A DNA stretch of 64,000 nt from an uncultured Spirochaetota bacterium. Its GTDB lineage: Bacteria; Spirochaetota; Spirochaetia; SZUA-6; Fen-1364. The stretch is taken from contig CAWJSK010000003.1 in assembly GCA_963845535.1 (NCBI GenBank), positions 32,994 to 96,993 of the forward strand, in the 5' to 3' direction. Below the pieces are notes generated by a model. It ran no database searches and had not been told where the DNA came from. It saw nothing but the letters and a program-made list of their open reading frames with translations. A program made the translations under genes and the position numbers. Shown here piece by piece: positions 1 through 9,436 of the stretch; position 1 is the first letter of the stretch, and each line of letters opens with the position of its first letter.

Positions 1-312
1 GCTCCCCTGGCATACATGAGGGGCCGCACTCTCTCGGAGGCGTTCATCATCCTCGATGAGGCGCAGAACACGACGCGCGAGCAGATGAAGATGTTCCTCA
101 CGAGGATCGGGGAGAACGCCAGGACGGTGATCACCGGGGACATCACGCAGATCGACCTTCCCAGAAAATCCGACTCCGGCCTCCTTACGGTCATCCCCAT
201 CCTCAAGACCATTCGGGAGATCAGCTTCACGTTCTTCGAGGAAAACGACGTCGTGCGAAACCCGCTTGTGCGGAAAATCGTCCACGCATACGAAACAGCG
301 CATGAAGAGTGA
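1..312 (+). CDS. phoH: PhoH-like ATPase, C-terminal fragment (gene begins upstream of the window)
   Basis: The frame is open from base 1. '[37 protein letters not shown]...[12 protein letters not shown]' is the conserved PhoH core. It is followed by the usual phoH / HD-hydrolase / ybeY order. Confidence 0.85.
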   Translation, partial: APLAYMRGRTLSEAFIILDEAQNTTREQMKMFLTRIGENARTVITGDITQIDLPRKSDSGLLTVIPILKTIREISFTFFEENDVVRNPLVRKIVHAYETAHEE

Positions 313-2527
313 CCCGTGGCTGATACCCGCCCGGGCGGGGGATTTCATTCGCCGGCTGGGCAGGGAGAAATGGACCACCCTTGGGGTGGCTGTCACCTTC
401 ATCCTTGCCGTTGCGGCAGTCCTTGCCGTTACCCAGACCGGCGGCATTTTCCCGGAGGACCGTCTTCCCCAGGTCACCGTCGGTGAAGCAGCGCAGCGGG
501 ACTACGTGGTGGAACGGGACTTCCCCTACGTTGACGTCAGGGCCACGGAGATCAAGCGCGACGCTCGGGAGAGGCTCGTGCCTCCCGTGTTCACGTTGAG
601 CGACTCGGTGACGCGGGATGCGCTCCTGTCCTATGACCGCTTTTCCCAGTCGTTTTCCCGATGGCGCGCAATGGGGCTCTCCCCGGCAACCATCCATGAA
701 AAAGTGCAGGCAGACTTCCCCGGCCGCTTGTCCAGGGATGACGTAGTCTCCCTGTCCCGTTCGGCGGACCCCGCGCGGCTTCTGGATGACGCTCGGAGCC
801 TCATCGAGGTGGCGCTTTCCCGCGGGGTGACTGACCTGACGGGGCACCGTGACGAGGCGCTGGCCGCCGGGGCCATCGAGCTTCGGCGAACGCAGGACGG
901 CCTGGCGCAGTCGGAGGAAGTTCCCCTGGACCAGGTGTTGACGCCCGACAGCGTCACGGACCAGATGGCGGACCGGGTTGTGGAGCGGGCGCATGGCGAC
1001 TCTGAGAAGCGCGCCATCCTGGCGCTCCTGCGGTCTTTCGCGGTCGTGAACAGTTTCTCGGATTCGCAGTTGACCGAGGAACGGCGCAACCGGGCGCGGG
1101 CGGATGTCGACCCGGTGGTGGAAAAAATGGCGCGGGGCCAGGTGCTCGTGAGGCGGGGGGACGTTGTCACGGAACCCATCGCGCTGCGCATCCAGGCCCT
1201 TGACTCCTACATGCGGACTCTCGACGTGAACGGGATAATAGGGAGCGTCCTCTTCCTCCTGGTCACCTTCACTCTCACGTTTTACCTGCTGGGCATGCGC
1301 GGCGGCGGCTCTTTCCGCCGTGACAGCGCGTTCCTGCTCCTGGGCCTGGGGCTGGCGCACGTGGCGGTGAGCGCTTTCGTGATGCGTTTCGTGGATCTCC
1401 CGGACTGGGTACCGGTTGCCACGGCCATCCCCACGGCGGCCATGGCCATGTTCGTCGCCATCCTCATCTCCACGCCTGTCGGGGTGTTCTTCTCACTCGC
1501 CGTCTCCCTTGCCCTTCTCCTGCTGACCGGGTTGAGCGTGCCGAGCTTCCTCTTCGCGTTCCTGAGCGGCGTGGCTGCAACGGCGGTGGTGCGGGACGCC
1601 GACAGGCGCCTGGACATCATCAGGGCGGGGCTCGTATTGTCCCTGCTCTCCGCTGGCATCCTCGTGATGCTCGGCGTGCTCGCCAACGATGAGCCCGGCC
1701 GGCTTCTCCCTCTTGCGGCGTTTGCGGTTGCCAACGGGTTCCTCTGCAGTATCCTCGCCCTAGCTTTCCTCCCCGTCTTCGAGTACCTCCTGAACGCCCC
1801 GACCCGCTTCAAGCTGATGGAGCTTTCAGACCTCAATTCCCCGATCTTCAAGAAGATGCTGTCCCAGGCGCCGGGGACCTATACGCACTCCATCAGCGTC
1901 GCCAACCTCGCGGAGACCGCCTGCGAAGCCATCGGGGCCAATTCTCTGCTTGCCCGCGTGAGCGCGTACTACCATGACATCGGGAAGGTGGACCAGGCCG
2001 ACTACTTCATAGAGAACCAGAAAGCGTTCAACCGGCATGACGCCATGAAGCCCAGCCTTTCGGCGGCGGTGATCAAGAGTCACGTGCGCATCGGCATCGA
2101 GAAGGCCCGCGAGCTGCGGCTCCCCCAGGCGCTCGTGGACATCATTGCGCAGCACCATGGCAGGGGGCTGATCACGTTCTTCTACAACCGGGCGGTCAAG
2201 GAAGGGAGAAACCCGCGCGTCTCGCGGGATGACTACTCGTATCCGGGCGTCCGGCCGAAGACCCGGGAAGCCGCGGTGCTCATGCTCGCGGACAGCGTCG
2301 AAGCCGCCTCCCGCACGCTCAAGCGGCCCACGGAGGCCCGGCTGGAGAAGCTCGTGCAGGACATGATATTGGAGAAGTTTTCCTCCGGGGAGCTGGGAGA
2401 CTCCAATCTCACCCTCCGGGACCTCGAGTCAATACGGAAGAGCTTCGTGCACATCCTGGAGGGATACTTCCACACGCGAATCGAGTACCCCAAGATCGTA
2501 CAGACGCGGAGCGCGGCCTCGAAATGA
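302..2527 (+). CDS. 7TM-HD membrane phosphohydrolase (7TMR-HD / PgpH-YqfF family)
   Basis: The protein has a long extracytoplasmic N-domain, about 7 hydrophobic helices (aa ~330-520) and a C-terminal HD domain ('YYHDIGK', 'IIAQHHG'). The start is uncertain: ATG 302 (MKSDPWL) is preferred over TTG 266. The stop overlaps the ybeY start (ATGA). Confidence 0.85.
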   Translation: MKSDPWLIPARAGDFIRRLGREKWTTLGVAVTFILAVAAVLAVTQTGGIFPEDRLPQVTVGEAAQRDYVVERDFPYVDVRATEIKRDARERLVPPVFTLSDSVTRDALLSYDRFSQSFSRWRAMGLSPATIHEKVQADFPGRLSRDDVVSLSRSADPARLLDDARSLIEVALSRGVTDLTGHRDEALAAGAIELRRTQDGLAQSEEVPLDQVLTPDSVTDQMADRVVERAHGDSEKRAILALLRSFAVVNSFSDSQLTEERRNRARADVDPVVEKMARGQVLVRRGDVVTEPIALRIQALDSYMRTLDVNGIIGSVLFLLVTFTLTFYLLGMRGGGSFRRDSAFLLLGLGLAHVAVSAFVMRFVDLPDWVPVATAIPTAAMAMFVAILISTPVGVFFSLAVSLALLLLTGLSVPSFLFAFLSGVAATAVVRDADRRLDIIRAGLVLSLLSAGILVMLGVLANDEPGRLLPLAAFAVANGFLCSILALAFLPVFEYLLNAPTRFKLMELSDLNSPIFKKMLSQAPGTYTHSISVANLAETACEAIGANSLLARVSAYYHDIGKVDQADYFIENQKAFNRHDAMKPSLSAAVIKSHVRIGIEKARELRLPQALVDIIAQHHGRGLITFFYNRAVKEGRNPRVSRDDYSYPGVRPKTREAAVLMLADSVEAASRTLKRPTEARLEKLVQDMILEKFSSGELGDSNLTLRDLESIRKSFVHILEGYFHTRIEYPKIVQTRSAASK

Positions 2528-3001
2528 CCCGCAGCATCGAAGTCGCGGTGGAAGGCGTGCGCCCGCCGCAGTGGCGCGCGGGGCTCAGAAGGTTCTGCGT
2601 CCGTGTCCTGAATGAAGCGGGGGCGGGCCAATGGGAGCTGTCCTTCCTTCTGTGCAACGACGCGCGAATGCGGCAGCTCAACAACCGCTACCGGGGAAAG
2701 GACCGCCCCACGGACGTCCTTTCCTTCCCTCGGGAAGCTTCCTCGGGGAAGGCCGGCCCCGCGGCATGAGAAGATCTCGGACGCCCCCGTAGCGGGGGAC
2801 ATCGCCATATCCCTGGACACCATGAGGCGCAATGCCCTCGATTTCGAGGTCTCAGAGGACGAGGAGTTGAAACGTCTTGTCGTTCACGGGATACTGCACT
2901 GTGCCGGAATGGACCACGGCGCGGGAAAGGGCAGGGGGATGCTCGTGTTCCAGGAGCGCCTGCTGGATGCGCTGAAAGAAGTGAGGATCATCGGGAAGTG
3001 A
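2524..3001 (+). pseudogene. ybeY: ybeY (rRNA maturation endoribonuclease) split over two frames by a +1 shift
   Basis: The N-terminal part in frame 1 ('NNRYRGKDRPTDVLSFP') stops at TGA 2767-2769. The C-terminal part in frame 2 ('GDIAISLDT...LVVHGILHCAGMDH', the zinc-binding H-x-x-x-H-x-x-x-x-x-H motif) runs to 3001. The switch must lie between 2731 and 2767. Confidence 0.8.
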
Positions 3002-4974
3002 GCCGGAAGATCATCGGAGCGTTCGCGTGCGTTCTCCTGTGCATGGGGGCATCGGCATTTGCCCAGGATGCCCGCGCTTCCTATGAGGAAGGGCTTCGGG
3101 CGCAGGCAACGGAGGACTACGCGCTGGCCGTGGAGAAGTTCAAAGAAGCGCTGTCCGCCAACCCCAACTATGTCGAGCCCATGGCCGGTCTCGCGCAGGC
3201 ATTCCTCGCGATGGGCGAGTATGACGAGGCGTACAAATACGTCGCCATGGCGCGTGTGAATGACCGCAACAACCCGGACCTCGCCGTCCTGGAGGGAAGG
3301 ATAAAAGTCGGGCAGGGTGACACCGCGGCGGCGCGTTCGCTGTTCAACGCTGTCCTTGCCGATCAACCCAACAACTCCGAGGCTCGCATGGGGCTTTCGG
3401 AGGCTGATATCGCGGACGGCCGGATGCGCACGGCGCTGTCGGGCTACACGCAGACCCTCAAGCTAGCCCCGGAAAGCACCCGGGCCATACTCTCGCTGGC
3501 CCAACTGTCGGACGAGCTGGGGGATTACGCGAGCGCCGCGAAGTACTATGAGCTTGCGCTGAAGAGCCACTCCTCGGACCCGCACGTGCAGCTTGCCGCC
3601 GCGCGCTGGTACGCAAGGACCGGGGATTTCTCCACCGCGGAAAAGCATGCCCAGGTCGCGCTCTCACTGGCGCCAACAATGGACCAGGCAAGGAGCCTCC
3701 TGGGAGAGATTTATCTCCAGACGAACCGGCCCACTGACGCCGCCAACGTCCTTCATGACGTCGTGACGGCCAACAGAGATGACTACCTGGCGTGGTATGC
3801 CCTGGGGCTGGCATACAGGAGCTCCAAGGACGTGGGCAGGGCGCTCCCGAGCTTCTCCTCGGGCCTCGGCGTCCGACCGGAGGACGAAGTGGCGCGCATC
3901 GCAATGGAGAACACCGCCATCGACGCCCTGCCCATGGACGACGCGCAGCGCAAGACGATGGCGGCTTTCCATCTCACACAGGGGCAGGCGCAGGAAGACC
4001 GCAATTTCCTGGACAGGGCGCTCGCCGAGTACCGCCGGGCCCTTCTCCTGGACCCGACGTCGAGGGACGCGCGCGTCGCGTATGCAAGGATATTCCGCAC
4101 GGAAGGTTTCCCTGACAAATACCTGAGCGAGCTTTCCGTGCTTGCCAAGCTCGGCACGCCTGACACGTTCGTGCAGGACGAGATCGAGAGCCTGAACAGC
4201 AGCCTGGCGGATTCGATTTCCCGCGCCTGGGGCTACGACCAGCACAACCTCGAGCGGAAGCGCTACGTGATTCCCGTGTACACCATTCCCGCCCGCAACA
4301 GGCTCCTCCATACGCTGGCAAGCGATGACCTGACCCGCTATTTCGCGTTCCTTCTTGGCGGAGACGGCCCCATCATGGTGCCGGAGGGCTCGGTCCTGGC
4401 CACGGGCTTTGATGACGCCTTCCGCAAGGCGCGCGCCGGGTCAAGCGATTACTTCATCGTGCTGCACGTCGATGAGGCGGACCGCAGCTTCTCCGCCACG
4501 GCGGACATGTACCTTTCGCGCACGGCGGCCCTCATCGGAAGCTTCAATGCTTTCCGAACGGGGAATGACCGGGTCCGTGACGCCTTCCTGAAGCTCGGCG
4601 GCCAGGTCGCCGCCGTGCTCCCCCCGCGGGCCACGCTCCTTGTCCGCAAGTTCGACCAGGGCCTGATCGACCTGGGGTCCTTCCAGGGGCTCAAGAAGGG
4701 CGACACAATGGTGATCGTGCGCAAAGGGAGGGTGCGGTTGAACCCTGACACGCCGGGGCTTTCGTTCGACGCCAAGGATGTCGTGGGGGATTTCATCGCT
4801 ACGGGGGTTGACGAAGGCGTCTCGGAAGGCACCGTCCGCATTCGGGGCTATTTCGATTACGTCAATCCGGGAGACCAGGTGGTTTTTGCCCCGAAACCCG
4901 CGCCAAAACCGAGCGTCCAACCGGCAGAGAGGAGCGGGAACATGCTCACCCGCCTCTTGCGCATTGGCGGGTGA
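2998..4974 (+). CDS. Secreted TPR-repeat protein
   Basis: The GTG start overlaps the ybeY stop (GTGA). There is a signal peptide ('LLCMGASAFAQD'), followed by repeated TPR-like A-x-x-x-Y/F-x-x-A-L helices through aa ~400. Confidence 0.75.
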   Translation: MSRKIIGAFACVLLCMGASAFAQDARASYEEGLRAQATEDYALAVEKFKEALSANPNYVEPMAGLAQAFLAMGEYDEAYKYVAMARVNDRNNPDLAVLEGRIKVGQGDTAAARSLFNAVLADQPNNSEARMGLSEADIADGRMRTALSGYTQTLKLAPESTRAILSLAQLSDELGDYASAAKYYELALKSHSSDPHVQLAAARWYARTGDFSTAEKHAQVALSLAPTMDQARSLLGEIYLQTNRPTDAANVLHDVVTANRDDYLAWYALGLAYRSSKDVGRALPSFSSGLGVRPEDEVARIAMENTAIDALPMDDAQRKTMAAFHLTQGQAQEDRNFLDRALAEYRRALLLDPTSRDARVAYARIFRTEGFPDKYLSELSVLAKLGTPDTFVQDEIESLNSSLADSISRAWGYDQHNLERKRYVIPVYTIPARNRLLHTLASDDLTRYFAFLLGGDGPIMVPEGSVLATGFDDAFRKARAGSSDYFIVLHVDEADRSFSATADMYLSRTAALIGSFNAFRTGNDRVRDAFLKLGGQVAAVLPPRATLLVRKFDQGLIDLGSFQGLKKGDTMVIVRKGRVRLNPDTPGLSFDAKDVVGDFIATGVDEGVSEGTVRIRGYFDYVNPGDQVVFAPKPAPKPSVQPAERSGNMLTRLLRIGG

Positions 4975-5007
4975 GCTCATTGCCCGCTTTTCGTGGCTCC
5001 ATTCCCG

Positions 5008-5037
5008 TTGACACTCCCGCGGCTTTTCCACTACGAT
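5008..5037 (+). promoter_or_regulatory. Candidate sigma70-type promoter for pgk-tpiA-secG
   Basis: TTGACA (5008-5013), an 18-nt spacer, then TACGAT (5032-5037). This lies about 45 nt upstream of the pgk ATG. AAGGAG (5072-5077) sits 6 nt before that ATG. Confidence 0.4.
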
Positions 5038-5083
5038 TGCCACGAATCCCGAATCCCCGCGAGTGAGCTCAAGGAGACCATGA

Positions 5084-6265
5084 ATGGCGAAGAAGACTGT
5101 ACGGGACGTCGATCTGAGAAACAAGAAGGTGCTCGTCCGAGTGGATTTCAATGTGCCTCTGAAGGAAGGCAAGATCACGGATGACACCCGGATCACGGCT
5201 GCCCTCCCTACGCTGACATACATCCTCGACCAGAAGGGCGCCTCGCTCGTGCTCATGAGCCACCTGGGGAGGCCCAAGAAACCGGACACGGAAAACAGCC
5301 TGGCTCCCGTTGCCAGGCGGCTCTCCGACCTGTTGGGGAAGAAAGTGACGCTCGCTCCGGATTGCGTGGGCCCCGCCGCGGAAGCGGTGGTCAAAGCCAT
5401 GAAGCCGGGAGACGTCGTACTTCTTGAAAACGTCCGCTTCCACCCGGAAGAGGAGAAGAATGATCCGGCATTCGCCCGCCAGCTCGCATCCCTCGGGGAC
5501 GTGTATGTCAACGACGCGTTCGGAACGGCGCACCGCGCGCACGCTTCCACGGAGGGGGTGGCGAAGATCCTTCCGGGCGTTGCGGGCTTCCTGATGGAGA
5601 AAGAGATCAAGTTCCTTGGCGGCGTGTTCGAGAACCCTTCCAAGCCGTTTGTGGCGGTGATCGGCGGGGCAAAGGTCTCCACGAAGATCGCCGTGCTGGA
5701 GTCCCTTCTCCCCCGGGTATCAACCATGATCATCGGGGGCGGGATGTCATTCACCTTCCTCAAGGTCCAGGGCCACTCGGTCGGGAAATCCCTCGTGGAA
5801 GTTGACTTCATCCCCACTGCCACCTCGTTCCTGGAAAAGGCAAAAAAGGCCGGCGCGGAGGTTCTCCTTCCGGTGGACCATCTCGTGGGGGCTGAGTTCG
5901 CGGAAAGCGCAAAGGCTGAGAGAGTGGACAGCGTGGATGTGCCGGACGGAAAAATGGCAATGGACATCGGCCCGAAATCCGTTGCCCTGTTCCGGGAAAA
6001 GATCACAAAAGCGCGAACGGTGGTCTGGAACGGACCCATGGGCGTTTTCGAGTTCCCCGAGTTCAGCAGCGGGACCAAGGAGATTGCCAAGGCCGTGGCG
6101 GACTGCAAAGGAACCACGGTTGTGGGCGGAGGGGACTCCGTTGCCGCCGTCAACCAGTTCGGGCTGGCCGCAAAAATCACCCACGTCTCCACCGGCGGCG
6201 GCGCCTCTCTGGAGCTCCTGGAAGGCAAGGAGCTGCCCGGCGTGGTGGCTCTCAAGGACAGGTGA
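5084..6265 (+). CDS. pgk: Phosphoglycerate kinase
   Basis: 393 aa. '[10 protein letters not shown]', 'MSHLGRPK', 'NGPMGVFE' and '[14 protein letters not shown]' are canonical PGK motifs. Confidence 0.97.
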   Translation: MAKKTVRDVDLRNKKVLVRVDFNVPLKEGKITDDTRITAALPTLTYILDQKGASLVLMSHLGRPKKPDTENSLAPVARRLSDLLGKKVTLAPDCVGPAAEAVVKAMKPGDVVLLENVRFHPEEEKNDPAFARQLASLGDVYVNDAFGTAHRAHASTEGVAKILPGVAGFLMEKEIKFLGGVFENPSKPFVAVIGGAKVSTKIAVLESLLPRVSTMIIGGGMSFTFLKVQGHSVGKSLVEVDFIPTATSFLEKAKKAGAEVLLPVDHLVGAEFAESAKAERVDSVDVPDGKMAMDIGPKSVALFREKITKARTVVWNGPMGVFEFPEFSSGTKEIAKAVADCKGTTVVGGGDSVAAVNQFGLAAKITHVSTGGGASLELLEGKELPGVVALKDR

Positions 6266-6270
6266 GGGAG

Positions 6271-7026
6271 ATGAGGAAACCGTTCATCGCCGGCAACTGG
6301 AAAATGTACAAGACAGCCTCGGAGGCCATTGCCGTTTCCACTATCCTTGCCACGGAGCTTTCCGGTGAGAAGAACAAGAAGATCATGATTGCCCCGCCGT
6401 TCACGGCGCTTCACGCGGTGCGGGACGTGCTGGAAGGCACGAACATCCTGCTGGGCGCCCAGAACGCCGCCGCGGAGCTGGAAGGGGCGCACACCGGAGA
6501 GGTCTCACCGCGGATGCTTGCGGATGCAGGCGTGACGGTGATCATCCTGGGACACTCGGAGCGGCGGCACGTCTATGGTGAGACGGACGCCCTGGTGAAC
6601 CGCAAGGTCCGCCTCGCCCTGGCGGAAGGCTTCGAGGTCATCCTCTGCGTCGGTGAAACGCTGGAGGAAAGACAGAAAGGCGTCACGGAGAAGGTGGTCG
6701 GATCGCAGAGCGCGGAAGGCCTGGCCGGAGTGGCGGAGAAGGACCTGGCGCGGGTTACCATAGCGTATGAACCCGTCTGGGCAATCGGCACCGGCAAGAA
6801 CGCCACCCCGCAGGACGCGGACGCGGTGCACGCCTTCATCCGCGGGCTCCTCGCAAAGTCCTACTCGGAAAAAGCAGCGCAGGACATGACCATCCAATAT
6901 GGCGGGTCGGTCAAGCCGGACAACATCAAGGATCTCATGAAGATGAAAAACATCGACGGGGCGCTGGTGGGCGGGGCTTCCCTGAAGCCCGAGACGTTCC
7001 TCCCCATTGTGCGCTACGACCGATAA
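6271..7026 (+). CDS. tpiA: Triosephosphate isomerase
   Basis: 'MRKPFIAGNWKMYKT', 'ILGHSERR' and 'IAYEPVWAIGTG' are canonical. ATG 6271 gives the standard N-terminus; the ORF track starts 9 nt earlier at GTG 6262. Confidence 0.95.
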   Translation: MRKPFIAGNWKMYKTASEAIAVSTILATELSGEKNKKIMIAPPFTALHAVRDVLEGTNILLGAQNAAAELEGAHTGEVSPRMLADAGVTVIILGHSERRHVYGETDALVNRKVRLALAEGFEVILCVGETLEERQKGVTEKVVGSQSAEGLAGVAEKDLARVTIAYEPVWAIGTGKNATPQDADAVHAFIRGLLAKSYSEKAAQDMTIQYGGSVKPDNIKDLMKMKNIDGALVGGASLKPETFLPIVRYDR

Positions 7027-7041
7027 GGGGGTTTGTGAAGA

Positions 7042-7530
7042 ATGGGTCTGATCAGCGTCGTCCTTCTGGTTATCTTGGTCATCAGCGCCGTCCTCCTGGT
7101 GCTCGTCGTCCTTGTGCAGGACGACCAGGGGGAAGGGCTCGGGGGAATCTTCGGCGGCGGGAGCACGACTCCATTCGGCTCCCGGTCCGGCAACGTGCTC
7201 ACGCGTTTCACGGCAATCCTTGCCGCCGTTTTCCTTTTCTCCATATTCGGCATTGCGTGGGTAAACAAGACGCCTGAGGTGGGGAACGTCATCGGCCGAG
7301 CCCGAGCGGAATCCCTGCAGGGCGGTCAACAGCAGAACTGGTGGGTGCAGACTCCGGCTCCAACAACCGCGAGCCCCGGCACACCGCTCACCCCAGGGCA
7401 GCTGCCGCTGACACCGGGACCGGCTTCGGCAACTCCGACTCCCTTGACGAACCAGTCCAATTCCCCGGCGCTTCCCGCTCCGGCGGTTCCAGCTCCGGCG
7501 CCCGCAGCGCCCGCAAAAAGGGGCGACTAG
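7042..7530 (+). CDS. secG: Preprotein translocase SecG with a long Pro/Ala/Thr-rich C-terminal tail
   Basis: The N-terminal ~75 aa form a two-helix SecG core ('LLVLVVLVQDDQGEGLGGIFGGG...TRFTAILAAVFLFSIFGIAWV'). They are followed by about 85 aa of P/A/T-rich sequence. Confidence 0.8.
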   Translation: MGLISVVLLVILVISAVLLVLVVLVQDDQGEGLGGIFGGGSTTPFGSRSGNVLTRFTAILAAVFLFSIFGIAWVNKTPEVGNVIGRARAESLQGGQQQNWWVQTPAPTTASPGTPLTPGQLPLTPGPASATPTPLTNQSNSPALPAPAVPAPAPAAPAKRGD

Positions 7531-7532
7531 TC

Positions 7533-8006
7533 GTGGGGGTCCTTCTCCATGATCTTTTCATCGTGCCTCGGATCAAGTGCCACTTGGAAGCGGAGGACAA
7601 GGCCGAGGTGTTCGAAGAGCTCGTGGATCTGCTGGTGACTCAGTACCACACGGGCAGTCGGGATGAAATCCTCGACGCCATCCGTCGTCGGGAAGAGAAG
7701 ATGTCCACCGGCATCAAGAGGGGCATTGCAATTCCCCACGCAAAAACGAGGTTCACCCGGGGCGTCATTGGCGTGCTCGGCGTCTCGGACCACGGGATCG
7801 ACTACGAGTCCCTGGACGGCGAGCCGGTGCGCATTCTCTTCCTCCTTGTCAGCTCGGAGGAGGACGCCGCAACGCACCTGGCGGTCCTGAAAAAGATCGC
7901 CCTCCTGGTGGAGAACGACGCATTCTCCCGGGAGGTGGTTGCCGCTGGGAGCCCCGAGAAGGTGAACCATATCATCAAAAAGTACGAGGAGATGATCGAC
8001 GCCTGA
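7533..8006 (+). CDS. ptsN: PTS EIIA type-2 (PtsN / EIIA-Ntr-like) protein
   Basis: 'KAEVFEELVDLL...STGIKRGIAIPHAKT' contains the EIIA-2 phospho-histidine context. About 157 aa if GTG 7533 is the start. The longer ORF from 7341 overlaps the secG tail and is not needed. Confidence 0.7.
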   Translation: MGVLLHDLFIVPRIKCHLEAEDKAEVFEELVDLLVTQYHTGSRDEILDAIRRREEKMSTGIKRGIAIPHAKTRFTRGVIGVLGVSDHGIDYESLDGEPVRILFLLVSSEEDAATHLAVLKKIALLVENDAFSREVVAAGSPEKVNHIIKKYEEMIDA

Positions 8007-8141
8007 AGGCGTGTCGAGCGATGGCGCCTCTGATCCGCATGCGCCACGCGCTCCTGATGCCATCATCTCGAAACCAGACGCTTCCATGATTCTGGGCGGC
8101 CAGGCCCGCAAGGGTGTGCTGCCTGAGGGACGGGTGCAGGT

Positions 8142-8444
8142 ATGTCCGACATGCTCGACAAGCTTCTCCAGACCGAACGTAGCGCCGCGGAAATGGTCTC
8201 TTCCGCGGAGGCGGAAGCCAACCGGCGCAAGGCAGAGACGCGCGCAGAAGCGCAGAAGAAACACGCAGCCGCGCTGAAGGAGAAAGCCGCGGAGGTCGCC
8301 AGCGCCGTGGCCTCCGAAAAGGAGCGCGCCGCGCAGGAGAGAAAGAAGAAGAACGAGGAGTACCGCGCCAAGCTCGCCGCCCATAGCGTGGATCGAGAGG
8401 CGTTCTTTCGCCTGATTGCCGACCTGACGGAAAAAGGCAAATGA
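8142..8444 (+). CDS. A/V-type ATPase peripheral-stalk subunit (G/H-like coiled coil)
   Basis: 100-aa protein rich in Ala/Glu/Lys and predicted to be helical. It is the first gene of the V-ATPase operon, and its stop overlaps the next start (ATGA). Confidence 0.55.
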   Translation: MSDMLDKLLQTERSAAEMVSSAEAEANRRKAETRAEAQKKHAAALKEKAAEVASAVASEKERAAQERKKKNEEYRAKLAAHSVDREAFFRLIADLTEKGK

Positions 8445-9436
8445 ACCGCACGTCCCGCTACGCATTCATCCTTGCAAAGATATTCGGCAGGATCGGAAAG
8501 ACGTATGTCGAATCCAACTTCCGGGACTTGCTGCGCTTGAAGAAGCTGGAGGAGATATTCGACCTGCTGTTCCCGGGGGAGCGGGCTTCCGTTCGAGAGG
8601 AACCCCTTCCCTCGGAGCTTGAGACACGCATCATGAGAGCCGGCATCAGATCCATGACCCAGGTCCTGTTCCTGCTGCGGGATCCCGAAAAAATCCTTGT
8701 CCATATCCTTCGGAAGTTCGAATATCAGAGCCTCAAGTCGGTGATTCGCAGCATGGTGAAGGGGGAGGGGAAGAAGCCGGTTATCTGGGACCTGGGAAGG
8801 TACGCCCTCCTGCGCCCTGCCAAAGGTGTCGATTATGAAAAAACTATCGCGGCGAGCCGCTACGCGTGGGTCCTGCCGCATATCAGTTCAAAGCCTCTGT
8901 TCGAGGTGGAGAACATGCTGGATCGCCATTATTATTCCCGGCTCCTGATGATGGCCCGGAGGCTGAAGCCGCGCGACCGCTCGGGCGTTCTGCGCCTGAT
9001 CAACCTGGAAACGTCCCTCACGAACGTGATCTGGGCCCTTCGTTTGCGCTTTTCCTTCGGCCTGGACATCCAGGCGGCCCGTCCCCTCATGATCCCCAAC
9101 ATGACGTATTCCCATCAAGGCGCCATCGCGGAGACCTTCGAAATACCCGCGGAATCCGTCGAGGGTTGGCGGAAGTGGAAATATTCCTGGCTGGTGGAAG
9201 ACCAGTTTGGTGAGGCTTTCCGCGCTCCTGACCCGGTCCGGGCGGAGCAGAAGGCTACGCGTCGGCTTGTCCAGAAAGCCCACCAGCTTTGTCACGAAGA
9301 TCCCTTCACGCTGACGCCGATCGTCGCGTACTTCAAGCTCAAGGAGCTCGAGACGGGGATGCTCAAGATAGCCGTAGAGGCGCTGCAGCTCTCAATGTCA
9401 GAGCACGACGTGCTCTCGATGCTGGGGGCCGACTGA
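8441..9436 (+). CDS. atpC: A/V-type ATPase subunit C (eukaryotic d homologue)
   Basis: 331 aa, the typical size and operon position between the stalk subunit and subunit I. It is helical and has 4-nt overlaps at both ends. Confidence 0.7.
   Translation: MNRTSRYAFILAKIFGRIGKTYVESNFRDLLRLKKLEEIFDLLFPGERASVREEPLPSELETRIMRAGIRSMTQVLFLLRDPEKILVHILRKFEYQSLKSVIRSMVKGEGKKPVIWDLGRYALLRPAKGVDYEKTIAASRYAWVLPHISSKPLFEVENMLDRHYYSRLLMMARRLKPRDRSGVLRLINLETSLTNVIWALRLRFSFGLDIQAARPLMIPNMTYSHQGAIAETFEIPAESVEGWRKWKYSWLVEDQFGEAFRAPDPVRAEQKATRRLVQKAHQLCHEDPFTLTPIVAYFKLKELETGMLKIAVEALQLSMSEHDVLSMLGAD

Noticed and set aside
4441-6492. 683-aa ORF on the minus strand, antisense to pgk/tpiA.
   Set aside because: It lies opposite two unambiguous housekeeping genes. 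The translation is Arg/Ala/Pro/Ser-rich with no motifs. Long antisense open frames are expected at this GC content.
7341-7532. N-terminal 64 codons of the 221-aa ORF containing the PtsN-like domain.
   Set aside because: The stretch overlaps the secG tail in another frame and is Gly/Ser/Arg-rich. The EIIA domain is complete from GTG 7533.
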